Source of the DNA: Malacoraja senta
Lineage: Eukaryota
Reading direction: 5' to 3'
NCBI GenBank assembly: GCA_038087875.1
Contig: JAXLNO010000645.1
Span: 186,001-250,000 of the forward strand
Length of the DNA stretch: 64,000 nt
The position numbers and the translations under genes are program-made. Shown piece by piece: positions 51,033 to 63,017 of the stretch. Below the pieces are notes generated by a model that saw nothing but the letters and a program-made list of their open reading frames with translations, did no database searches and was not told where the DNA came from. Within the stretch, counting starts at the first letter, position 1. Each line of letters begins with the position of its first letter.

Positions 51033-52427
51033 CTATTTTAATGTGGCTGCAAATTAACCAAAATAATAACTAAATAGAATTGGTACAGAGCAGACAAGCA
51101 GAGAAGATTAGTTTAACCGGTCATAATCCTTGGCAAGGACATTGTGGGCCAAAGGGCCTGTTCCTGTGCTGTACTGTTCTATGGTCTATGTTCTGGAGTT
51201 TCAGTTTAGTTTGTTGTCACGTGTACCGAGGTACAGTGTAAAGGTTTTGTTGCGTGCTGACCAGTCAGCAGAAGGACAATACACGATTACAATCGATCCA
51301 TTTACAGCGCTAGGTAAACTCAGCAAAGTCTGATCAAGGATAGTCCGAGGGTCATCAAAGCGGTAGATAATAGTTCAGTACTAATGATGCGAATGATGAG
51401 ATTAGCAAATGCCAGAGGGGTCCAATTGAAGAAAGTGACACCCAATGCAAAGCAGATCAGTGGCGGATAATAAAGAGTCATTAAAGTGAATGGAGAGGAG
51501 GAATTTCTTTAATCAGAGGGTGGTGAATCTGTCTAATTCATTGCCACAGAAGGATGTGGAGGCCAAGTCAATGGATATTTTATGGCGGAGTTTGATAGAT
51601 TCTTGATTAGTGCGGGTTTCAGGGGTTATAGGGGAGTAGGCAACATGTATGAAGGCAGCTGGGCTCTAAAATTCAGGTAGTTCCAATGTGTTAAATTATC
51701 ATACATCTAAATTCCTTACAACCAACAAGCAGAGCTGGATTACGGGCTCAAAGATGCCTCAATAATGCTCAATAATGGAGAGTTGCAATAATGGACAAAT
51801 TATGATGCAATGCAATATACTAAATATTTCAGCGAGAGTGGGTACGTGGAACTTGGGACCTCAATTGTTTTGGAAGCAGAGTCAAATTTCATTTGACTTT
51901 TGGTCATTGAACATGTACATGGTTTCACTTTGATGAACGTAGCTTTCAATGAACACATAATATGAACACATAGTTCTAGGGTAATATTTCTCTACCCAAT
52001 GGAAAGCCAGCCTATTACAAAACAAAATGTTTAAAATAGGAAATATCCTGTGCATGCTAGATTCAACAATGGAAATCAAACCGAGGCACCTGAAAGGTAT
52101 AACATGTATTGATCACAAGACAAAGGAGCTGCCATTTTTAACAGAGGTGTGGAAGAATTTCCTGTGAAGTTGGCTCCAGTTTAAGTATTAGGCACCAAAA
52201 ATTCTCGTTATTCATCAAACAGTACCACTGAACGTAAGACGACAGATTAGGCCTCTCGTTCATCCAGAATTGGCACCTCGGACAATGTAGCACTTCCTTA
52301 TCACTGGATTGGCAATTCTCGCAGGTTATGTGTCTATAAACTGACTCAAAAGCAAATCCTGCTCTATACTCAAAGTAACTAAAACTCAAAACAAAGAAAT
52401 CAATGGAATTTGCACTCATAAAATGAG

Positions 52428-53256
52428 CAGCACAATGGCGCAGCCGGTAGAGCTACTACCTCACAGCACCAGAGATCTTGGTTCGATACGGACATTGGAT
52501 GCTGTGGAGTTTGAGTGACTGTGTGGGTTTCCTCCGGGTGTTCCAGTTTCCTCCCACATCCCAAACACATGCAGCTTTTTAGGTTGCCGTAAATGGCCTC
52601 CATAAAATTGCCACTAATGTGTAGGGAGAGTTTGAAAAAGGGGAATAACATAGTGTAGCGACACCCGGAGGTGGCTCTGGGTAATGGAACCCTCGTGATT
52701 GACTGGAGGAGTCACTGAGCGCGGGTGTTCTATTGGCAGTTTTTTTGCTGTAACTGTCAGTAACTGTCAGTCTAGCGCCCACACTTGTTGAAGCCACATT
52801 GTAAATTTGGTCGTCTTATCCACTCTCGTTGGCTCGTTGTTTCGTTAAAATAAAACAATTCAAACCAACTTACCGTTTCCGACTCGCCAAAATAGCTTGT
52901 TTTGGGACATAAGACAATAAAACATGCTTGACAATAAAACACTCTTGAACCAGTATGAATGTCGAGACCAAAGATGGCGCCTGAACAAGGCTGGTCTGCG
53001 TCTGCGTGCAGACTGTAAGAGGTCTGTTGTCATCCATTACAATCATTCCACTCTTAAATCTTTATTTACCCTTCACCTGTACACTGAGGATGGTTTGATT
53101 GCAATCATGTATAGGCCTTCCTTTGGCTGGATAGCATGCAAATTCAAGCTTTTCATATGACAATGAACAATTAAACTAAAACGGGTGATCGATGGTCACC
53201 ATAGAATCACTGGTCCGAAGCGCCTGATTCATGTTGTATTTCTAAACTAAATTAAA
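52428..53256 (+). mobile_element. V-SINE split by an approximately 520-bp insert (52428-52658 plus 53180-53256)
   Basis: SINE head and V-domain at the left; the tail resumes at acgggtgatcgatggtc. Confidence 0.55.
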
Positions 53257-54614
53257 ATCGCTTCCAACCAACAGCTTGTGAAATTCCTTAGTTTCTTTGC
53301 TTATGTGATGGAAGTCACTTGGAAAACATATGTAATTTTGTGCACACAAGTCTCCACTATAAAATGTCCTGAAACATTTGGCTTCCCACACTCATACATA
53401 TATACAGGAGTGAACATCTTATGTAAATTATCAGCACTATACAAGGTAAGTGGAAAAGAAAATTACAATACCTGTATCAATTTTCCAAACAATAACTGTA
53501 TAGCCCAAATATCACAATATAAAAATATTTGATGATCTTTCCCCAAGCGGACAATTTCCAGATTGAATTTAGCCTCCTGATAGTCAGGTACTTGCACAAG
53601 GTAGAGCAAGTAGTTAGAAAAACACAAAGAAGGCTATTGTCTACTGCGAGTGGAATTGATAACAAAGGCACGCAGATTACGTTGTAGTTTCTGCGGATAT
53701 TCGCAACACTTCCCCTGAAAGATTTTTTACAGGAAAGGTCTCAGAATATAGAGATGTTAAAAATAGCAAGTTGTTCAGGTTAGGTTTGCTCAACTAAAAG
53801 CTGAAATGAGATAAGCCGTGCTGTCTTCTCACTGTTACCATCGGACAGGAGACACAGAAGTGTAACGTCCCACACTCCCAGTTCAAAAAAAGCTACTGTC
53901 CCATCAGGTTCTTGAACTGACCTAATGCTACCACAGCAACGGAACATTACAGACCATCTCCTGGCAACCATGGATTGTTCCATTTACTGAATTCCATTTT
54001 ATAGACATTAGACGATGTCATATGACAATTACCTGCATGGTGCAGGAGCAGGTCATTTGGCTCTTGGAGCCTGCATCACCATTCACTGTGATCATGGTTG
54101 ATCATCCACAATCAGTATCCCGTTCCTGCCTTCTCCCCATAGAATAGCATATACATTATTGGAGGTGTTCCAGTTTGTTCCTGCATCCAAATAATTTATC
54201 AACAAATTCCTTTAGTCCACTGGAAGTAGATCACCAAACTTCAGAGATTTCCTGCTTCTATCGCCATAATCTCCAAGCACTATGTCATTAATCCTAACAT
54301 CGATTTCTTTCAATTCCTGCCATCCATACATTTAGAAAGCTAATTGTGCCCTCCATTGTGGAGATAGAACTGAACAGCATTTAATTATTCTGCAATTTAT
54401 TTGTTCCCAACCAGGGTTTCAAACCTAGAGACTTATTTTTGTTTTCAATTACATTTCATCAGAACTGAAAGAAGCTATAAAACAAGCTTATATTTCTCAC
54501 TTTTTCCCAGTTCTCATGAAAAGTTGTTGACCTGAGATGAGAACTTTGTTCCTCTCGCCACAAATGAAAGTGAGTAGCTCCAACATTTTCTGCTTCTCTA
54601 CAGCCATCAGGCTA

Positions 54615-56390
54615 TTTTACTTCGGAGTCACGTGAGTGACTACGTAAAGACCCCGCCAGCACGCATGCGCGTCATATCGTCTATCGCATTGCGCAAACGA
54701 CAGGCTGGGGGGAGCGCTGCTCCACCAGTGATCCAACCTGAAGGTAAGTATTAAACTTTTCCAGGTTGTGTTTTGCAGGAATATCTGTAAGTCTTACAGA
54801 GGTCCTGCTTTATTTCGGCGAAGTCTGCCGGGCCGCGGGAGATCCTTTATGGACCGCGAGGAACCCCAGTCGCTTACCACAGGGTCGGGGAATCCTGGTC
54901 ACGACCTCGGGGAAACCCGCCTACGGATCGCGGGGAACCCGCTATGGAGGCCGCGATGCGGGTAGCGGGCGGCGGTACAGTTCGCCTTTTTCGAGTCGCC
55001 GGCAGTGGAGCCAGCGGCTTCAGACGAGTGGCAACCCACTGGAGGGTAAGCCACTATTTTTTCTAGGAACCGCGGGGATACCAGGCTCGCGGCCCAGAAC
55101 GGCCTTCGTGGAAGATGCGCCAACCCCGCAAGAGTGTGGAAGGCATGTCAGACAGCAGCTCCTGGTTCAGGGTTGCAAATTTCCTCCCACTCAAATGAGC
55201 CGGAGTGGTAGAGGGTGCTACTGAAGTGCACATATGCCTGAAGCGACACCTGATTCAGGGTTGCAATTCCTCCCACTCGATAAAACAGATGGATGCAGAT
55301 GGTGCTAAAATACATACACATACCTAAGGCAGCTCCTGACTCAGGTTGCATAAGTCCTACCATTCAGATGTATGAAGGTTGAAGCTGATTGAAGGATGAA
55401 GCTGGTTGAGGCAGCTCCTGGGCAGGTTGCATAAGTCCTCCCATTTGGAGTATGAAGGAGAAGCTTCCGATCACGGATACAAGTTGGTAATATTTACACT
55501 TGGGTTTTACAGATCAGATTAGTTTATACTGCACAGCATTCAAGCACCAGAGTTCTCGAAAACATGGTTGGCGTTGCCTTTTTAGGCAGAATCGCAATTG
55601 GGGCAATGAGGCCTGTTCATTGTTAACAGGTACAACTCGCTTGTGCAGTATAGACATTCCTGAATAGGGAACTTCGTGGCTGTTAACTATCATGGGATCA
55701 GTTTCCATTCACAAGGCACCAGAGATATTTCAAAAGTTAGCTGGAATTGAGTTCTCATCCATCCAGTTAAATTTAAGTTAAATTTACATTGATACCAACT
55801 GAAATTGTCTGGGACTCCGCCCTGAGGCAAGAGATTGGAATCAATTCTCAAGTACCATTGTTACCAGACCTTACCTATTCCGGGCTGAAACTATCAAAGT
55901 CACCATGATGGACGAATAGTATTCAGCATTGCTCCATTAACTTTTCATCAATTATCTTCAGTTAATTACAAACTGATGCTATTGCTCAAAGATGGAAAAT
56001 TACTAATATCAGCTCTAAATTACGGAGACGGATGGGATTTGCATGAGTTACCAAATGTTCAGTTATATGGTATCAACTACTTACAGACAACAGGTGCATT
56101 CTGTGGATTAAGGGGTGCATGCTTAAGTCCAAGTTGATTCACTTTGGTGGAGGTATATGTTGATCACATGGGTATAATCAGTCAAAGTATCCGGTGATAA
56201 TTTACCTAACCTCATCTAGCACTGGTATGTCATCAATTGTCAATACAGAATTGATGTTGGATCGCAAAGTGTTTAATGACATTGTGGCTCGATGAAACGC
56301 TGAAGATCGAAATGTCTGCATCCAGGCTCAATCACCAGTTGCAATATATGTGGCATATCAATGGCGATGGATGTATTCTCTAATGCTCTA
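54615..56390 (+). mobile_element. Possible decayed DIRS-like or LTR-like element with a CpG-rich 5' end
   Basis: Terminal hairpin agtcac-gtga-gtgact, CpG-rich leader, then degenerate sequence with no clear ORF. Family assignment is weak. Confidence 0.3.
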
Positions 56391-56484
56391 GTGACCTACC
56401 TTCTGGTGTAGATGTGTGACCTGTACCTTCTGCCTGAGATGAGTGTGTGGCCAGGATGGTGTGGGTCCTTGATGATGCTGCCAC

Positions 56485-57558
56485 TCGTGTATCCTCGGTA
56501 CCCCACAGCTCTGCCCTTTCTCCCCCTCTCCCTATTCGCAACAGAGACAGTCCCGCTAGTCCTTACCTTTCAACCCATCAGCCCTCACATACAACACATA
56601 ATCCTGCGATATTTACGCCAGCTCAAACAGTATCCCACCACTAGTCACGTCTTCCCATCTCCACCCCTTTCCACCTTCCGCAGAAACTGTTCCCTTTGCA
56701 ACTCCCTGGTTAACTGGTTCCTCCCCACCCAAACCACCCCTTCCCCAGGTACATTCCCCTGCAGGAGATGCAACATTTACCCCATTACCTCCTCCCTTGA
56801 ATCTGTCCAGACACCCCAACAGTCCTTTCAGATTAGGCAAAGGTTGACTTGCACCTCCTCCAACCTCATCTACTGTATCCCTTGTTCAAGATGTGGACTT
56901 TTTAGATCGGCAAGACCAAACATACATGGGGCGATCGTTTAGCTGAACACCTTTGTGCAGTCCGCCTGAACCAAATTGATCTCCTGGTTGCTAAACACTT
57001 TAATTCTCCTTCCCATTCCCACACTGACCTAGGTCTCCTGTTTGCTAAACACTTTAATTCTCCTTCCCATTCCTACACTGACCTTTCTGTCCTAGGTCTC
57101 CTGGTTGCTAAACACTTTAATTCTCCTTCGCATTCCCACAGGTCTCCTCCATTGTCAAAGTGAGGTTAAACACAAATTGGAGGAACAGCATCTCATATTT
57201 CTCTTGGGCAACTTACAGCCTAGTGGTATGAATATTGATTTCTGTAACTTCAAGTAACCCCAGCATTCACTTTCTCTTTATCCCTCCCCCACGCAAGTCG
57301 CACCAGCTTCTCGTTTTTATCCAACAGCTAACAATGGCCTTTCCTTATTTTTGCACATCTTTCATTCATTGTTCTTTATCTCTCTACATCAACACCTATA
57401 TCTCTCGTTTCCCTTTTGCCTAACTTGTCTGAAGAAAGGTTTAGACCCAAAACGTTACCCATTCCTTCTCTCCAGAGATACCGCCTGTCCCACTTAGTTA
57501 CTCCAGCATTTTGTGTCTATCTTCGGTTTAAACCAGCATCTGCAGTTCTTTCCCACAC
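56485..57558 (+). mobile_element. Penelope-like element 3' part: linker, GIY-YIG endonuclease and terminal repeat
   Basis: VPLVLTFQP, FPSPPLSTFRRN, PGTFPCRRC, TCTSSNLIYCIPCSRCG followed by frameshifted IGKT..RLAEH. Internal 3x repeat of about 55 bp at 56980-57140. Confidence 0.85.
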
Positions 57559-57607
57559 AATTAAAGTTTGCCTGCAGTTCCACGATTTGTGCAGAATCCT
57601 CACTCAC

Positions 57608-57790
57608 ACTTTGGGTCTTGGTTTGACATCCACATTGTGGTCCATTTGATTCCCAGCTCCTTGGCATATTCATCATACCAGCAACTCGCAGTGAGGAGGA
57701 ACCGGCTTGCAGGTCCTGTAGTAAATGTTGCCCCGGTGCTGGAAGGCAACAAGTGTCTGTTCCTCCTCATTTCTGGCACTGTTGACAAAT
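57608..57790 (-). pseudogene. PRDM9: PRDM9-like exon: end of PR/SET
   Basis: ttccag|[38 protein letters not shown] then, in a shifted frame, DEYAKELGIKWTTMW...|gtgagt. A short deletion collapses VWYGD. Confidence 0.9.
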
Positions 57791-58559
57791 CTGGAACACA
57801 ATAAGCACAGATAGAGGGGTCAACAATCGCTTACAATTATAAGTGAACATAGGATGTAAAGTATATTAATAAAGTCTGGTGAATGACAGATGTCTCCAGC
57901 CATGGCCCAAAATCAACCTTAAATATTGTACACCCTTTGTCAGCACTCTGCTGAAGGAAACTTGAACTTTGTTTCTCTTCCCACAGATGCAGCCTGACCT
58001 ACGGAGTATTTCCAGTATTTTCTGTTTTTATGCTAACCTAGTATTACTGTTGTTATTGTATTCTTGATTACTTTCTATTGATCTGCATGTTATTGTATTA
58101 ACAGACTTGTTAAGCTGCAAGAAGTTAGAATTTCATTGTGTAACAATTCAACATTGTTGACCTGACTATCTGGAAAGTTAAGTTTCAGGAGATGCCGGCT
58201 GTGTTATTCACAGGGAGACAAAGATGGAGCAGCTGTGATGTAGCGTGGCGTGAAGTGAGTTATTCTTCCCTTAGAATACTGATTTCACGGAGATACCACA
58301 GATTTTAACATCACGACGTGATTTTAAACTGTGGCGTCTGTCTCCCAGCCACAGATCAAGACATGACAGGCTAAATTTTTAATGCAAAGTTTAGCAGCAT
58401 CAGGTGACATTCCAGCAGCTTGAGGCTTGAGAAATGAGTTGTGGATCATGGAGTAATCCAAGGAGAAAGGCTGGTTTAGGCAGAGAAGGCATCTCCCAGA
58501 TAGAGTGCTGATTTATTCTGGATAATGAGGAAAATGGAACATTTCCTTTCCCCGAGTCC

Positions 58560-58780
58560 CATATATCCCATTTATCCGCACTTTCCCCTCACTTGCCTGG
58601 CTTTGTACCGCCCCACCTCCCTTTTCCAGCTTTATTCCCTTATACTCCATCAGTTTGGAAAAAGTCCCACCTGAAATGTTGTCTGCCGATTCCCTGCACA
58701 GATGCTGCCTGACCCACTGTGTTCCTCGAACACTTTGCTTTTAGTCCAAGATTCCAGCATCTGCAGTCTTGTGTCTCCTT
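58560..58780 (+). mobile_element. Degenerate Penelope-type terminal repeat
   Basis: cagatgctgcctgaccc...ttccagcatctgcagtc, as in the other copies. Confidence 0.55.
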
Positions 58781-58835
58781 ATTTAAATAACCCAGTTATT
58801 GCTTATTATTATGATCAGTGTTAGTCTTTCCTCAC

Positions 58836-58903
58836 TTCATCCAGTTCGATTTAGATTCATCCTGTGCATCAATGTATTCAGTGTCATTGTTTGCATTACT
58901 GAT
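58836..58903 (-). pseudogene. PRDM9: PRDM9-like 68-bp PR/SET exon
   Basis: ttttatag|ISNANNDTEYIDAQDESKSNWM(K)|gtgagg, phase 0 to 2. The usual NWMR reads NWMK. Confidence 0.85.
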
Positions 58904-58984
58904 CTATAAAAAGATATTTGGTTAAAAAAACATATTGATAAAGAAAACAAAGGTGAAGCTTACACAGTTCCCAGTATAAGGATA

Positions 58985-60067
58985 AGCACGTATGTGAGGA
59001 TGCTCTTCATTGACTATAGCTCTGCATTCAATACGGTCATCCCCACCAAGCTCACCACGAAACTCCACCAGCTAGGCCTCAGCTCGCCGATATGCGAATG
59101 GATCCTGAACTTTCTGACGGAGCGACCGCAGGCAGTGAGACTGGGCTCGCACCTGTCCTCGACTATCACCCTGAGCACTGGCACACCACAGGGCTGTGTA
59201 CTAAGTCCCATGCTCTACTCCCTCTTCACTCACGACTGTGTCCCTGCATTCGACACCAACACCATCGTGAAGTTTGCAGACGACACAACAGTGATTGGGC
59301 TGATCACCAACGGTGATGAAACAAAATACAGAGCGGAGGTGCAGAACGTGTCACTAAACACCTCCAAGACCAAGGAGCTGATTATTGACTTCAGGAGGTC
59401 CCATAATGGAGAATACGCCCCAATCTCCATTTACGGGGAAAGTGTGGAGAGAGTGTCCAGCATTAAGTTTCTGGGCACTCACATTTCAGAGGACCTCACA
59501 TGGTCCACCAATACCGCTGCGCTGGTCAAGAAGGCACAGCAACGACTGTTCATCCTGAGGACATTAAAAAAGACTGGTCTGCCCCAACAGCTGCTGACAA
59601 CCATCTACCGCTGCACCACAGAGAGCATATTAACGTATGGCATCTCTGTGTGGTATCTCAGCTGCACGGAGGCGGAGAGGATCATTGGGACAGAGCTACC
59701 AGCCTTGGAGGGCATCTACCACCCACGGTGCCTCAGGAAGGCCGTCAGCATACATAAGGACTCATCACACCCTTGTAACGGACTGTTTGAACTACTTCCC
59801 TCTGGCAGACGTTATAAGGCCTTCTACGCCCGAACCTCCAGACTCAGAAACAGCTTTCTTCAAGAGCTATAGTGGCTCTGAACCGGCCCTGCTGAGTGCC
59901 CCCCCACCCACCCCCCCTGGAAATCTCCCTCGGATGGTCACGTCACTGAGCTTGCTTATTTATTTATTTTACTTTTCTTGTACATCGGTGGAGCTGCATA
60001 CTAAATCTCGTTGCACTGATGTGCAATGACAATAAAAGATATTATTATTATTATTAGTAGTATTATA
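58985..60067 (+). mobile_element. Rex1/Babar-clade LINE, 5'-truncated RT
   Basis: [49 protein letters not shown]. (TTA)n tail. Confidence 0.88.
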
Positions 60068-60413
60068 ATGTGTTCAACTAACTACCACTTAACCTATTTT
60101 ACTTGATTACACTTTTATATCAGAGAACTCCAATATTCCTGCGAATAAAATCACCTGGCAAAGAAACTCTAAGAATATAATAAACATTTTGCACAATTTC
60201 AAGTTTTGTCAGATTGTAATAGGTTCTTTATAATGATTTCTTACTGGTCAGAAATGTAAAATGCATTCTCAAACAAGGAGGTCAGACATCAGGGTGAAAG
60301 AGGAGCAGCAGAGCACTGATTTAGCTCAGAGATTGGGTGAGGGAGAGGATGCCAGTCTGAGCAGTGAACTGAGAATCGCTGCTTTTCAGTTAGCTTTGAA
60401 CTGTTTCAGTTAA

Positions 60414-60993
60414 GGGCCTGTCCCACAGGCATGCGACTCCATGCGGCAAGCGCGACCTAACCGCAAGCGGGGGCCGCGCGAAGGTCGAGTGATCCCCGCC
60501 CGCACAGGGCCGATCCCACCAGCATGCGGCTGCACGCGGCAAGCGCTACCAAACTGGAAGCGGGTCCGCGCGGAGGTCGAGTGACGTCAAGACGGTGCGT
60601 ACGGCGGCGCGCACGGCCGTTGAGGCCGCTGCGTCCGACGTCGAGGCGGTGCGCACGGCCTCGAGGCGGCTGCGTCCAGCGTCGAGGCGGCTGCGTCCAG
60701 CGTCGAGGCGGCTGCGTCCAGCGTCGAGGCGGCTGCGTCCAGCGTCGAGGCGGTGCGCACGGTTGTCGATGCAGCGCGCACGGCCTCGATGCGACTGTGG
60801 GGCAGCAGGCCGTTGCCGCACGGAATTTTTGAACAGTGTCAGTTTTTCGGAGCCCCGCGCGATGTCGGGACCAGCTCCGCACAACTCCATACGGCTCCGG
60901 CGATCGAAGTGGGACCGGCCCCGCGACCTCCGCGCGGCCCCCGCTTGCGGTTAGGTCGCGCTTGCCGCATGGAGTCGCATGCCCGTGGGACAG
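60414..60993. mobile_element. PIF/Harbinger-type MITE with approximately 70-bp inverted repeats and an internal 21-bp tandem repeat
   Basis: 60418-60487 is the reverse complement of 60924-60993 with 2 mismatches. TAA precedes the left end. About 4 copies of gtcgaggcggctgcgtccagc. Confidence 0.8.
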
Positions 60994-61025
60994 CAAGTAA
61001 GAATTTCAATGTTCTATCTGGGACA

Positions 61026-62793
61026 TCTATCTTCTTCTACACTATTACTAAAACTCTCATCTTGATCACTTCCGGTCTGCGTTGTAGACTAAGGTACCCT
61101 ATATCGCTAGGATTTTTAAGCCCCCTTACTCACCGTTCTCTGCTGCTCCATGTTTTGTTTCGATCGGTGAAATATTCGGAAAGTTATTGGTCTGTTATTC
61201 GCCAGGATGGCAACGCCCCTTCCTGCACCCGCTATCAATCACCGGCCGCGAGAATAAAGCTGAAGGAGCGTGGACTGTGCTCTGTGTTCTGTGAGCGCGG
61301 ACTGTGTTCTGTGAGCGGGGGCTGTGTTCTGTGAGCGGGGTCTATGTTCTGTGAGCGGGGTCTATGTTCTGTGAGCGGGGGCTGTGTTCTGTGAGCGGGG
61401 ACTGTGTTCTGTGAGCGGGGACTGTGTTCTGTGAGCGGGGTCTGTGTTCTGTGAGCGGGGGCTGTGTTCTGTGAGCGGGGACTGTGTTCTGTGAGCGGGG
61501 TCTGTGTTCTGTGAGCGGGGCTGTGTTCTGTGAGCGGGGACTGTGTTCTATGAGCGGGGTCTGTTTTCTGTGAGCGGGGACTGTGTTCTGTGTTCTGTGA
61601 GCGGGGGCTGTGTTCTGTGTTCTATGAGTGGGGACTGTGTTCTGTGAGCGGGGGCTGTGTTCTGTGAGCGGGGGTCTATGTTCTGTGAGCGGGGGCTGTG
61701 TTCTGTGAGCCGGGGGCTGTGTTCTGTGAGCGGGGGCTGTGTTCTGTGAGCGGGGACTGTATTCTGTGCGGGGGGCTGTGTTCTGTGTTCTGTGAGCGAA
61801 GGCTGTTTTCTGTGAGCGGGGCTGTGTTCTGTGTTCTATGAGCGGGGTCTGTGTTCTGTGAGCGGGGGTCTGTGTTCTGTGAGCGGGGTCTGTGTTCTGT
61901 GAGCGGGGCTGTGTTCTGTGAGCGGCGCTGTGTTCTGTGAGCGGCGCTGTGTTCTGTGAGAGAGGCTGTGCTCTGTGAGCGGGTACTGTGTTCTGTGAGC
62001 GGGGTCTGTGTTCTGTGAGCGGGGGTCTGTGTACTGTGTTCTGTGAGCGGGGGCTGTGTTCTGTGTTCTATGAGCGGGGACTGTGTTCTGTGTTCTGTGA
62101 GCGGGGGGCTGTGTTCTGTGAGCGGGGGCTGTGTTCTGTGAGCGGGGGCTGTGTTCTGTGAGTGGGGTCTATGTTCTGTGAGCGGGTCTGTGGTCTGTGT
62201 TCTGTGACCGGGGGCTGTGTTCTGTGTTCTATGAGCGGGGACTGTGTTCTGTGTTCTGTGAGCGAGGGCTGTGTTCTGTGAGCTGGGGCTGTGTTCTGTG
62301 AGCAGGGGCTGTGTTCTGTGAGCGGGGTCTATGTTCTACGAGCGGGTCTGTGTTCTGTGAGCGGGGACTGTGTTCTGTGAGCGGGGGCTGTGTTCTGTGA
62401 GCGGGACTGTTTTCTATATTCTGTGAGCGGGGGCTGTGTTCTGTGAGCGGGGACTGTGTTCTGTGTTCAGGGTCTGTGTTCTGTGAGCTGGGGCCCACAC
62501 CACCCCTCCCCTACCCTACCACACACTCCCCCCCTCACCCACTCCCCTCCCACACATTACTCCACAATCCTCCCCTACCACACACACCACCCCTCTCCCA
62601 AATACACCGCTTTCCACATGCACCCCCACCCCTACCCCACAATCCCCCACCCCCCGCCAATGAAGCCGTCCCCCTCCCCCGGCTACAGAACGCTCCCGTC
62701 GTTGAGTTGGGGGAACAGGTGAGTGGTGGATATTGCGTTGTAGGGCAGCCCTCCCGTGTGAACATGGGACCCAATGGGTTCCACTTAGTCTAG
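61026..62793 (+). mobile_element. Complete non-autonomous Helitron
   Basis: 5' A|TC, 3' hairpin gggaccca-a-tgggttcc followed by acttagtCTAG, no TSD. The flanks rejoin as gggaca|catgacaa. Confidence 0.8.
61270..62495 (+). repeat. 20-bp minisatellite (ctgtgagcgggggctgtgtt), about 1.2 kb
   Basis: Clear tandem array with 7-bp (ctgtgtt) insertion variants. Confidence 0.97.
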
Positions 62794-63017
62794 CATGACA
62801 AAACTCTCTTGACTCGTGACTTGATGACTGATTAGACTGCAAAATAATTCAACTACAAACAATTTGTAATAAAACCAGAGCATTCAGGAGATACCCAGCA
62901 AGTCAGGCAGCATTTGTGAAGGATAAAACACAGCTCACATTTCAGGATGATCTTTCATCAACAAATATTATCAAACCTGCTGAGTATTTTCGATGATTAA
63001 CTATTGGAGTCACTTAC

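Noticed and set aside
52660..52900. Possible GOLGB1 exon 1 or promoter (gtaagt donor at 52873, minus strand)
   Set aside because: It appears to lie inside a split SINE and has no independent support; left uncalled.
53280..53720. Possible zinc-finger exon remnant (YECGK on the minus strand, acceptor near 53715)
   Set aside because: No C-x2-C-x12-H-x3-H spacing or TGEKP linker in the frames I read.
55157..55460. CRISPR-like repeat-spacer pattern
   Set aside because: The repeats are divergent, the spacers resemble each other, the context is eukaryotic and there are no cas genes. It is a degenerate tandem repeat.
60457..61334. Overlapping Arg/Ala-rich ORFs
   Set aside because: Products of the GC-rich MITE and its 21-bp repeat.
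61270..62495. Minisatellite as the missing PRDM9 zinc-finger array
   Set aside because: The period is 20 bp rather than 84 bp, there is no C2H2 pattern, and it lies inside a Helitron in an intron.
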